Source: Histomonas meleagridis 2922-C6/04-290x
Taxonomy: Eukaryota; Protista; Parabasalia
Direction: 5' to 3'
Assembly (NCBI GenBank): GCA_020184695.1
Contig: JAANOX010000224.1
Location: 62,001-126,000 of the forward strand
Length of the DNA stretch: 64,000 nt
The position numbers and the translations under genes were made by a program. The notes beneath the pieces are model-generated. The model had not been told where the DNA came from. It was given only the letters and a program-made list of their open reading frames with translations, and did no database searches. Of the stretch, positions 32,401-42,124 are shown one piece after another; the first letter of the stretch is position 1; each line of letters opens with the position of its first letter.

Positions 32401-32742
32401 TCATACAGAAATAGTTAAATTACTTCTTGAACAAAAAGGAATTGATATTAATGCTAAAGATATTTGATTGTTTTATTTGATATTTATTTTAATAATTTGA
32501 TATTTCAAATCAATATTTGGAAATTATTTATGATATTTTATACAGCACTTATTATTGCATCTGAAAGAGGCCATACAGAAATAGTTAAATTACTTCTTGA
32601 ACAGGAAGGAATTGATGTTAATGTTAAAGACATTTATTTATATTATTTTGAATTTATTTTAATAATTTATTTTTGGAATTTATTATTACGACTTGAAACT
32701 GCATCGATGAAAGCAAAAAAAACAATGATAATGATATATTAA
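29428..32742 (+). CDS. DUF3447/ankyrin protein: 391-aa contiguous N-terminus + 12 ankyrin cassettes whose hairpin codons are split by 17-nt inserts (reconstructed ~796 aa to 32631)
   Basis: N-terminus: LYFAQY, LAIIIRNDEIEELQ, SLIDYAAFFGSIKCFKFL, AIAGGNLEIIH (trichomonad DUF3447 type). Stop-free cassettes at 30681, 30851, 31012, 31182 ... 32542 (170-nt period). Confidence 0.85.
30601..32697 (+). repeat. 170-nt period array: 90-nt ankyrin cassette + 80-nt block of 4 x (17-nt insert + codon)
   Basis: Thr codons spaced 170 nt. One spacing is 161 (in-frame 9-nt cassette deletion) and the last is 156. Confidence 0.95.
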
Positions 32743-32769
32743 ATTAATACTTGATCAAAATAAGATTAA

Positions 32770-32925
32770 GATTCCTTCTTTTGTAAGGAATGTGCAAAGG
32801 TTTGTCATAAGGGACACAATTAATTTCAGTATGTTATGAAAAATATTTTGCGGATGCGGAGCAGATAATTTCCTTTCCCCATGTAAACTAATTTCAAAAC
32901 GCAACACCCAAAATAATAAATAAAG
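32770..32925 (+). pseudogene. Decayed UBR-box (zf-UBR) fragment
   Basis: CKECAKVCHKGHN* (32782-32823), then frameshifted KYFCGCGADNFLSPCKL. Matches the CxxCAxxCHxGH...FxCDCG pattern. Confidence 0.65.
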
Positions 32926-33009
32926 ACTACATTACTAAAAAAATAAAACAAAAATTTTACTTTTCTTCGTTTCATTATTATTTTTTAATTGCAAGAAAAA
33001 AGTATATTT

Positions 33010-33260
33010 ATTGTTTTTACCAACCATTCATAACATCAGTATTAGGTTGCTTAGTGTCGAAGCTTTGGAAGCCATCGCTTCTCTTTTAGCAGCAAACACG
33101 TTTGAAAGCAAAGACAATTCCAACAATCAAGAAAATCGATATCACACCGGTGTGTCAGCTGTTTTTTATCGTTTCAAACGAGATTTGAAGGTAAGTAACT
33201 TCAGTACGGAGTGTTATTCTTTTTCTGCGTTTTTTGGGAGGTGACGTGTCAGTTATTTTT
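33010..33260 (-). pseudogene. Possible decayed membrane-protein C-terminus
   Basis: One minus frame reads ...ISFETIKNS*HTGVISIFLIVGIVFAFKRVCC*KRSDGFQSFDTKQPNTDVMNGW* (TM-like helix + tail, two internal stops). Confidence 0.25.
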
Positions 33261-33499
33261 CATTGTTGGGTATACCCAAGTTTATCGATAAATGAGGAGA
33301 TAGGCAAACATACATTTGAAACGAATATGATCGTGCCAAGTCAAATTTGACAGATTCCTGGACATCTACCGTAGAATTCACTTTTTCACTCGATTTCACA
33401 TTGATTTAATTTTATAAGGAAGTTTTATAAAAGAAATTGAAAAAATAAAATAGAAAATTGAGAGCAATTTGAAGGCAAATTGGTCACCTCACACTTTTA

Positions 33500-33873
33500 A
33501 TGTCAGGTTGGAACGCTTATCTCGCAGATGTCAAGGATATCGCCGCAGGCTGTGCAATCATCTCACTCCAAGGTGCACTTTGTGGCAAAGAAGGCAAATG
33601 GGATGCCAAGCAAGCCGAAATGCAAAACTATGCAGCCTGCCTTAACAACATTGCATCTGCACAATCGAAAGGAATCACATATAACGGTAAGAAATATATC
33701 ATTGTTCGTGCAGTTGATGATCCATTCTTGCACAACTTGGTAAAGAAGCCGTTGTTCTTCAAAAGTCAAAGACAGTCTTAGTAGCTGCTAAGTGTGTTGA
33801 TGGTCAAGTTCCAGCAGCAGTAGCCGCAGGAGTTTCTAAGTGCGTTGCTAAGTTAATGGCCGCCAACTGCTAA
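33500..33873 (+). pseudogene. Profilin copy with a 1-nt deletion at ~33720 (frameshift, or assembly error)
   Basis: Identical to 40463-40837 except one synonymous change (GTC/GTT) and GATGATCC vs GATGATTCC. Confidence 0.85.
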
Positions 33874-34027
33874 ATTCACTAAAGGAAATGATTCACCCTA
33901 AATCTCTTTTCTTTTCTTTTTTGTAGAAGACAAAACCACAAAACACTTTTAACAAAAGAAAATTTAAATTTTTTTTTTCTTCATCAAATGTCACTTTTAA
34001 ATAAACCATTAAAAATTGAATTAATTT

Positions 34028-37000
34028 TTATTCATTTGATGTCATTGATCGGATCCATTCGTTTGGCTCCTGTTGAATCTCAGCGTATTGCAAAAGAGTT
34101 TTGACGTCGTTTACTTCTCTTATTTCATCGATATCTTCACTTAGATCATTCCATTCGTTCAGAATCGTTGATTGCTCATTGTTAATTTTCTCGAAGAAAG
34201 TGTTTAACCAAACGTTTTCGTCATTGTTTTGTATTTTAATTAAACCATTTTCAGATATTTCAGGTTTTAAGTTACTGTTCACTTTAATCAGTAATTGAAT
34301 CTTATTGATAATTATATACCAATGTAAAATCTCTTTGACATTTTCGAACAATTTCTCGTCATTTTCTTTAATTTGTTTTATGTTAATTAATTTCTTCAAT
34401 AAAACATTTTTCAAATAATTCCATTCTTCCAAAGTTAAAATCCATATACCCAAAATCATTAAATAATAAATATCATCCAAACAATTAATATTTTCCAACA
34501 AGTTATTAAACTTATTAATATAACTTAACTTAATATCACCTTCCAAGAACAAATAACCACCGTAAATAATAAACGGCATCAACTGCAAAATTGAATGCTG
34601 TGACCCGCCCCCGAATTTCAGCGGCACTTTTTCACCGTTTACGATCATTTTGATGTGATATTTAACGTTCAAAAACAATAATTTGAAATAATCATTGATG
34701 TTACGTTTTCTTTCATTAAAGAAATCGATCAAATAATTCTTATATTTGTTCTTCTTCAAAGTGTTATTAGGTAAAGGATAAATGGAGTTACAAGGATGTT
34801 CACAATTACGTACAGCTGCAGCTTCCCATTCACTAAGTCGACCTCTATTATCAGATATTGAAGCCTTACTATGACAATTTGGATGAATACAAACGAAATT
34901 TGTATTAATTACTAAGTAATCATCGACTTTTTGGACATAAGAATAAACACCGATAATTTCTTGTGGTAAGAATTCATAACCTTCTTTACATATACAACAT
35001 TCGAAGTTTTGTTCATTTAATTCATTAATCATTTCTAAATATTTCGGTGATAACATTTGTTTAACATTTGATAACGCTTTTTGACGTTCCAAATTTGCCT
35101 TTTCTTTTAATTGTTGAATTTGATTATTTTTAATTGTCTTAATTACATCGGAACAAATCGAAGGTTCTTTAATAGCATTTTCTAATATTTGTTTAGCAAA
35201 GTCACCAATGAATTTAGTTGAAGTAATATTTTCTAATTCTAATAATATATTAATAATTAAATTATCATTCTTAAGGAATAATTCTTGTGTAGGTTTATAA
35301 CATAATACCATTCCTGCAATAGTCTTTAATAACATTGGTAAACAAGGAATTTCGACATTAACTTTCCATTTATCTTTATCATTTAATGGGAAAAGTTTTA
35401 TTAAATATGAAATCGCATCAGATAAAATTGGCTCTTTAAATATCGAATCACGAATTTCATTTTCATTTGAAGGAATATTTATCATAAATTCACTAAAACC
35501 ATTTAATAAGAATAATGAAGAAGAATTTTCAAATAAGTTAAATGATTCTGTAGAACCTTTCGGATGTAATCTATCTAAGAAGAAATCAATTACAGTTTTA
35601 ATGATTTTATTATTTTTATCAGTAATTGAGATAATTAATGATAATAAAGGTATTAATAATAATTCCGAATTATCTTTAATCGTTTTCGATTCTAAAATAC
35701 TTAAAAGGAATTGTACTTTAATTGTAAATGTTTTAGTTTCGATTTTATCTTCATTTTCTTCTTCAATTAATCGTTTAGTTATAATAATAATATTCTTTAA
35801 TGTTTCGACATTATTATCATCTTCACCTGAATAATTAATTAATTCTTTTAATAATACAAACATTAATTCGATTGTATTTAATTTGTTTAATTCAATTCGA
35901 TTAATTTGGACATATGACATAGCTTCAATTAATTTAATTAAATCATTTAAACCATTTTTGGAAATTTCATTTAAGTTATTTAAAGGATATAATAATTTCT
36001 TAAATCCATTATTCTCTGTTAATACTGAAGTATATAAATATTTCTCTTCTGGTGGTAAATCATCTTCACTTTCTTGTGATAAATTAGAGATCATTGGTTC
36101 TGTTGCTTCTCCATCTAATCCTTGTAATCTACAAATAACTATCATTGGTGTATTCCCATGATTTGGTATCCAAATTTGTTTATAAACTAAATCAATAGGT
36201 AAATCTAATGATATAATATTATTTGATACCAATAATTCCATTCCATTATCATCTTCAATTAATCCTAACATATTTAAATCTGTACAAACTTTGTTCTTAA
36301 TATTCCTAAATAATGTACCTATACTATTAGACATTATTGGTTGATTAGATAATCGTCCTGGTATATAATCTTCTTGTGAACGTGCTTTTCGTGTAATGAT
36401 TGGTACATTCATTGTTACAGGTGCTGGGAATACTATTTGAAAGATTTCTCGAATGACTAAATCAGGTGAAAACTCAATTGAATCAACAGCTGCTTGTAAC
36501 ATTATACGTGGACCTTTAATATTAATTTTAATGATTTGTTCATCTTCTTCATTTTGATTTTGATTTTGTGTATTATTGTTATTATTATTTAGAGGAATAT
36601 TATCATCTTCATCATATTCATCATAATCATTATCTTTATAATTTTGATTTTTCTTTTCTTCATCTTCTAAATAATCTTTGTTTAAATCAAACTCTGGTAA
36701 CATTATTTTCATGATAATATTCTTCATTATATATTGTGCATCATCTAAATATTTTGATCTTTGAACTAATAAACTTCGTAATTTGAAATATGAAGTTATT
36801 AATTTAATACATAAATTTTCTTTTTTATTAATGATATAATTTAATTTAATAATATCATATAAATAAACTTTAATTACTTTCATTAATGTTAATACTGGTA
36901 AACCTATTTGTAAGTCTAATTTAATTGTTGATTCAGTTTTCATTATTTCATTAACTTCATTAAATAATAAATTAATTAAATGTTCAAAGACATTATTTTG

Positions 37001-40000
37001 TAATGTTTTGTTTATAATTGTAATTTTACGTTCTAAAATATAATTAAATAATTTATATAATTGTTCATGTGTATCTTCAAATTTATTCGATGTTAAAATT
37101 GTATTTATTACAAAATCACTAATTTCTTTAAAATGTTTTGTTAATGATTTCTTATATAATTTATATAATTCTGTTCGTATTATATTACTTTGACAATTTA
37201 AAAATAACTTCTTACAAAATTCTTTGTTTAAGAATTCATCAAAGAAATTAAATTGTTCATTTTCATTATTTTCTTTCTTATGCCATATATCGAAATATTT
37301 TTTAATGAATTTTGTATTATTTTTTAATGTTGAACATATTGATATAATTAATGGCTCAATAACTAATGGTGTAAATATTGATGAATAATTCATATATTGG
37401 ACTGTAGGTTCTAAAGCTTTGATAAATAATGAAAGTCTTTTTTGTTGTTGATTATCATTAATTTTTTCTAACATACAAATCAAATGTATTAATTGATTTG
37501 ATACATTTGGTAATGAATTGATAAACATATTAATGATTTTTATAGTTAAATTTAAATCATTTTTACATATTGTTACAACTGAATCAATAGCAATTTGATT
37601 AAATATATTCTTTTCATTCGAAAACTTTAATAATAAATTTGAAATTTCATCGAAATTATAATTTACAATATTAACTAAGAATTTAATTGCATTTTTAATA
37701 TAAATATTTTTACAATTATAACATTTGTTATTAATATTTAAATCATTTTTCTGAATTGATTTCTTTTTATATATAATAATTGATGATCTAATAGCTGATA
37801 CATGTTGAACTATTTCTGTTAATGAAGTATAATGATTTCTAGATTTTTCATTATATAATTCATTTAATAATTTAATTTTCTCATTAATTGGTAAATTAGA
37901 AGCAGGTGAAAGTAATTGACTAATTTGATTCTTAATATCAAATAATGACTTATAAATCTTTTGTGCATCTGCTAATAATGAATCACATTTCTTTAATGAG
38001 TTATCACAATCATTTTCATTATTAATATGTGTATGAGAAAATGATGGAATACCTTTAAAACTCCAATTAAAATTAACAAAATTACTAAAACCACATTCAC
38101 AACAAATAAATGAATCTAAATTATTATAATTAATATTTCGACAATTTCGACATTGATAAGCATTCTCATGACATTTCTGACATATTCCTGATCGCTTATC
38201 TAAGATTTCGGAATGACACATTGGACAAGTTAATGATACATTAGTTAAATCTTCCCAAAATTCAACAAAATGAAATTGTAAACAAGTAACAAATAATTGT
38301 AATGGTAATTCAGTCTTTGAAGTAGTTTCATTCTTATTAAAATTCATTTCACCAATGAATTTCCATTTAGGTTTATCAGTAAGTAAATCATTTGGTTCAT
38401 TAATTTCAATGTTTGATATATATATATTAACTAAACGTGGTAAACGAACATTCTTTTTAACAGTAAATATTAATGATAATGATTGTAAATACATTGGCTT
38501 TTTAAGTTTTACAAAGATTTGATCATGTGTATACTTAGAGAAATCTTTATAATCATTTAAGTCCATTTTAATAGGTCTTCGTTCAGTATTATTACAAATC
38601 ATACATGGTTGTTCTTCTAAATAAGAATCATCAAATTTAATATATTCAATTAATTGATTATATATATATGAATTTGGTATTAATTGTAATTCTTTATATT
38701 CTTTATTAATTGATTCTAATAATTTTTCAATTATTTCTTTGGGATTTGTTATCTTTTTAATTAGTTTTAATAAAAAATCAAAAAATATTTCCGATTGACT
38801 TCCATAATTACAAACTATGGGAAATATATTAATGATTTCTTTGGAGATAACTTCTGGTTGTAATAATAATAATTTACTAATTTCTTCACGTAATTGTTTC
38901 GATTTAGAACATATTAATAAATATAAAAACTCCGAACAATTCTCTAATTTGACTTCCCCTAAACTTAATAATGATGATGAATTTAATATGAAATCAGATT
39001 CATATGAACTCGTTAATAATTTGATTAAATTATTAACTAATTCATTGTTATCTAATAAAAATTGTATCCAATGTTTAGGATGTTCTTTCGATATGTTTAA
39101 TATCTGTTTAAGTTTGGTGGATAATATAATCGAATCTTCATAGCTTAAATAATGTTTGAATAAATTGGACTTTTGTGAACATTCTTTAATAATGGAATTA
39201 AACTCACGATATTGTATTGTGTCCGAAAAACAATAAGCAGAATCTTCATCCCCATTAAACAATAAAATTAAGATTTGTCGTGCTAATCGTGAATAAACGC
39301 CTTTGAAACAAAAGCGTTGAATAGTGGTTCGATATTCTTCAAGGTTCTCTGGTAACTTATGTTGAAGAATTCGAGTTAAAAAACGTAAAATTGAGGTGTG
39401 AATGATAAGTTTCGGATCATTAAATAAATTTAATGGTGATAAATATTCAATAGGAACTGGTGAACAAAATGAAAATAGATCAGTGATGATAAAATCAGAG
39501 ATCCCAACTGGATCAACTTGGAAATCTGTCATATTTAATATATCGAAATAACGTTGAAATGATTCTTTGTCAACAAGTAAGTCAGGAACAAAGTTATAAG
39601 AATCCAGTAATCGAGCTGAAAGACAAAATATGGCTGAAAGTACACAAATTACATATGGTTTTGTTAAATCACACTTCATTATAAAGTTATGTAAGGTCTG
39701 AAGAACATATAGTGACTTACCTTTTTCAAGTTCTTGATCTTCAGATAAGGTTTTTGAAGCAAGAGAGTAAATTAAATAAAGCCATCGGTATGAATTCGCT
39801 GGTTTTAGATCTTCATCAGTTAAAGCGTTTTCCAAATTAACAGGAGACATGGACAAAATGTCTCTAAGTGCAACATAAGAATATGTTGAATTTAAAGAAT
39901 TACAATTATACAATTGATTAGCTATCCGATAAAAGATAGTATTAGCATTCTCCTTGATTTGAGAAAGCATGGTTTTGATCGATGGAATATTCGGATTTTG

Positions 40001-40027
40001 TGCTTCTAACTTTAGGAAAAGTTCCAT
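34028..40027 (-). CDS. UBR4: UBR4/BIG/p600-like E3 ubiquitin ligase (C-terminal-half homologue, ~1999 aa)
   Basis: CPMC...CQKCHENAYQCRNCRNINY...FICCECG zinc finger. RSQEDYIPGRL...ELLVSNNIISLDLPIDLVYKQIW...RLQGLDGEATEP segment. CCICKEGY...IHPNCH...EWEAAAVRNCEHPCN hemiRING. First ATG at 40027. Confidence 0.9.
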   Translation of the reverse strand: MELFLKLEAQNPNIPSIKTMLSQIKENANTIFYRIANQLYNCNSLNSTYSYVALRDILSMSPVNLENALTDEDLKPANSYRWLYLIYSLASKTLSEDQELEKGKSLYVLQTLHNFIMKCDLTKPYVICVLSAIFCLSARLLDSYNFVPDLLVDKESFQRYFDILNMTDFQVDPVGISDFIITDLFSFCSPVPIEYLSPLNLFNDPKLIIHTSILRFLTRILQHKLPENLEEYRTTIQRFCFKGVYSRLARQILILLFNGDEDSAYCFSDTIQYREFNSIIKECSQKSNLFKHYLSYEDSIILSTKLKQILNISKEHPKHWIQFLLDNNELVNNLIKLLTSSYESDFILNSSSLLSLGEVKLENCSEFLYLLICSKSKQLREEISKLLLLQPEVISKEIINIFPIVCNYGSQSEIFFDFLLKLIKKITNPKEIIEKLLESINKEYKELQLIPNSYIYNQLIEYIKFDDSYLEEQPCMICNNTERRPIKMDLNDYKDFSKYTHDQIFVKLKKPMYLQSLSLIFTVKKNVRLPRLVNIYISNIEINEPNDLLTDKPKWKFIGEMNFNKNETTSKTELPLQLFVTCLQFHFVEFWEDLTNVSLTCPMCHSEILDKRSGICQKCHENAYQCRNCRNINYNNLDSFICCECGFSNFVNFNWSFKGIPSFSHTHINNENDCDNSLKKCDSLLADAQKIYKSLFDIKNQISQLLSPASNLPINEKIKLLNELYNEKSRNHYTSLTEIVQHVSAIRSSIIIYKKKSIQKNDLNINNKCYNCKNIYIKNAIKFLVNIVNYNFDEISNLLLKFSNEKNIFNQIAIDSVVTICKNDLNLTIKIINMFINSLPNVSNQLIHLICMLEKINDNQQQKRLSLFIKALEPTVQYMNYSSIFTPLVIEPLIISICSTLKNNTKFIKKYFDIWHKKENNENEQFNFFDEFLNKEFCKKLFLNCQSNIIRTELYKLYKKSLTKHFKEISDFVINTILTSNKFEDTHEQLYKLFNYILERKITIINKTLQNNVFEHLINLLFNEVNEIMKTESTIKLDLQIGLPVLTLMKVIKVYLYDIIKLNYIINKKENLCIKLITSYFKLRSLLVQRSKYLDDAQYIMKNIIMKIMLPEFDLNKDYLEDEEKKNQNYKDNDYDEYDEDDNIPLNNNNNNTQNQNQNEEDEQIIKINIKGPRIMLQAAVDSIEFSPDLVIREIFQIVFPAPVTMNVPIITRKARSQEDYIPGRLSNQPIMSNSIGTLFRNIKNKVCTDLNMLGLIEDDNGMELLVSNNIISLDLPIDLVYKQIWIPNHGNTPMIVICRLQGLDGEATEPMISNLSQESEDDLPPEEKYLYTSVLTENNGFKKLLYPLNNLNEISKNGLNDLIKLIEAMSYVQINRIELNKLNTIELMFVLLKELINYSGEDDNNVETLKNIIIITKRLIEEENEDKIETKTFTIKVQFLLSILESKTIKDNSELLLIPLLSLIISITDKNNKIIKTVIDFFLDRLHPKGSTESFNLFENSSSLFLLNGFSEFMINIPSNENEIRDSIFKEPILSDAISYLIKLFPLNDKDKWKVNVEIPCLPMLLKTIAGMVLCYKPTQELFLKNDNLIINILLELENITSTKFIGDFAKQILENAIKEPSICSDVIKTIKNNQIQQLKEKANLERQKALSNVKQMLSPKYLEMINELNEQNFECCICKEGYEFLPQEIIGVYSYVQKVDDYLVINTNFVCIHPNCHSKASISDNRGRLSEWEAAAVRNCEHPCNSIYPLPNNTLKKNKYKNYLIDFFNERKRNINDYFKLLFLNVKYHIKMIVNGEKVPLKFGGGSQHSILQLMPFIIYGGYLFLEGDIKLSYINKFNNLLENINCLDDIYYLMILGIWILTLEEWNYLKNVLLKKLINIKQIKENDEKLFENVKEILHWYIIINKIQLLIKVNSNLKPEISENGLIKIQNNDENVWLNTFFEKINNEQSTILNEWNDLSEDIDEIREVNDVKTLLQYAEIQQEPNEWIRSMTSNE

Positions 40028-40462
40028 TTGAACCAATGAGATGACTCAAACCGAAATTTTGACATGTTTTACTGGCACTTTTTACAGCTTTTGTAAATCA
40101 GGAAATTTTCGATCATGAAAATGGATGATTTTACAAATTAAAAATAATTTTTAAGTAAATGTTTTAAATGCCAGAATATTTTTAGTATTCTGAATAAGTT
40201 ATTAAGATTAAGATTAAAAATTGATCATCACAAAAACTAAAAGTTAACATCAGAGATATGCAATTACTAAGTGGAAAATTTGATAAAAAAACAAGAAGAA
40301 AAAATGGGGATAAGATCTTTTGGTTTCACGTCTCTTTTTGGTCATAAATTTTCTTTTATTCAATTTACACAACTTTTGAATATATTCAATACCTTAAGTA
40401 CCACTTTTGAATGAAAGCAAATAATTTTGAGAGAATTCTGATTGGTCATTTCACATTTTTTG

Positions 40463-40837
40463 ATGTCAGGTTGGAACGCTTATCTCGCAGATGTTAAGGA
40501 TATCGCCGCAGGCTGTGCAATCATCTCACTCCAAGGTGCACTTTGTGGCAAAGAAGGCAAATGGGATGCCAAGCAAGCCGAAATGCAAAACTATGCAGCC
40601 TGCCTTAACAACATTGCATCTGCACAATCGAAAGGAATCACATATAACGGTAAGAAATATATCATTGTTCGTGCAGTTGATGATTCCATTCTTGCACAAC
40701 TTGGTAAAGAAGCCGTTGTTCTTCAAAAGTCAAAGACAGTCTTAGTAGCTGCTAAGTGTGTTGATGGTCAAGTTCCAGCAGCAGTAGCCGCAGGAGTTTC
40801 TAAGTGCGTTGCTAAGTTAATGGCCGCCAACTGCTAA
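40463..40837 (+). CDS. Profilin (124 aa)
   Basis: MSGWNAYL, GITYNGKKYIIVRA, VLQKSKTVLV are profilin motifs. Inr TCACATTT upstream. Confidence 0.9.
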   Translation: MSGWNAYLADVKDIAAGCAIISLQGALCGKEGKWDAKQAEMQNYAACLNNIASAQSKGITYNGKKYIIVRAVDDSILAQLGKEAVVLQKSKTVLVAAKCVDGQVPAAVAAGVSKCVAKLMAANC

Positions 40838-42124
40838 ATTCACTAAAAACATCCATTCACCCTAAATCTCCTTTTTTTTAAAAATGCAAAACATTTGTCC
40901 TAACACATGAACATAAATATTTATTTTATAAATTTGGAATAATTGATTAAAATTAGTTATTTCTTTATGATGTTTTGTCATGTTTTCTTAAAAAATTTAA
41001 CGAAGATGGGTTCTAAATTGACATCATTTTGTTCATAATTTCGAGATGAATGTGTTTTATGAATGATTCCTGAACAATACTTTTTTGTAATTTTTTCAAA
41101 AGTCAGCACAAACTTTTTAATATATCTCATACAAAATTTTCTTTTAATTCGTTCAAAATCCACTTTTTGATATGTCTTGTATAATAGATTCTATAAGATC
41201 GTTCAATATTCGTATTATTTCAAAATTCAATAAAACCGTTATTCATATGTCTCTACCTTTGGAGGAAATTTTCTGCTTGGAAAAAATTCAGCTAAATATA
41301 CTTTATGATTATTTGTATTGATCAAACATTCACTCCAATTGTAGCAATTATATTTGAATGTTTTTTTACTTGTTTTTAATGAAATCGTTTGGCTTTCAGT
41401 TTTTTAAATTTCAATCAATCGTAAAAATAATAGACTGAAATTTGTGTCGTGGAAAATGACTTTTTGAATTATTTCACGCTGAATTTTTTTTATACTCTCT
41501 CAATTTGACTGTTTAACCGCCCTCATGATGGCAGAGGATAATCATCAAAAAAATTTTTTCCATTGAAAACGTTCCGAGTTTTTTCTATTATTATCTGTGA
41601 ATCATATTTCTTGAATGACAATAATGGAAAATATCAGTACATATAATATTGATGAAAAATTTTTCCTGTGTTACTCGATATCACTCTTGAATGTAAAATT
41701 TTATTATCGCGCCATTTATCTCGAAATTCAATGGAGACAGTTTGTGTTAAACGAACCTTTCAGGTGAAAAAATTATTTTTTGTCTCGTTTGATGCTTTTT
41801 AGATGAAACTGAGTTGTTATATTAGTACACTATATTATGTTTCACATATATGAAGATAATTTTTAATATTAAACACGCAAATCATTGACAATTTCATGTG
41901 AATAATCTAAATTCGAGTTAACATCAACAAGTGAATCATCACCTATATTAACGCATTAATTTACACCATTAAACATAACAGAAATCTGAGATAAAACTTC
42001 TTTCGGATTTCTCTCATCTTCAGAGGTGTGTTCAAATCTTAATTCAATTTTGTGAAATCATTGAAATTATGAAAACTCTCTGAAAATTGAATGCCCTATT
42101 AGCCACCAAAATAAAACAAAGCAA

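Noticed and set aside
30604-32541. Simpler models: one 71-nt removal (KDI|FxT) or a 6-nt TTTGGA micro-exon (KDI|FG|xT)
   Set aside because: They give plausible loops but do not explain the 20-nt periodicity, the 63 = 80 - 17 blocks or the stop-free slots at -43 and -63. The 4 x (17+3) parse explains all three. cDNA is still needed to exclude them formally.
30601-32697. Blocks as single GT-AG or U12 AT-AC introns
   Set aside because: No consistent GT donor or ACTAAC branch site. The only recurring AG is inside the conserved ACA-GCA codons, and joining there breaks frame or deletes ankyrin residues. AT...AC joins are also out of frame.
29428-32742. Stop-codon reassignment explaining the interruptions
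   Set aside because: Block lengths also shift frame. Long ORFs (up to 2000 codons) avoid TAA/TAG/TGA and end on all three.
33180-33200. U1 snRNA candidate (ACTTACCT on minus strand) amid short palindromes
   Set aside because: No U1A loop (ATTGCAC), U1-70K loop or Sm site recognisable downstream.
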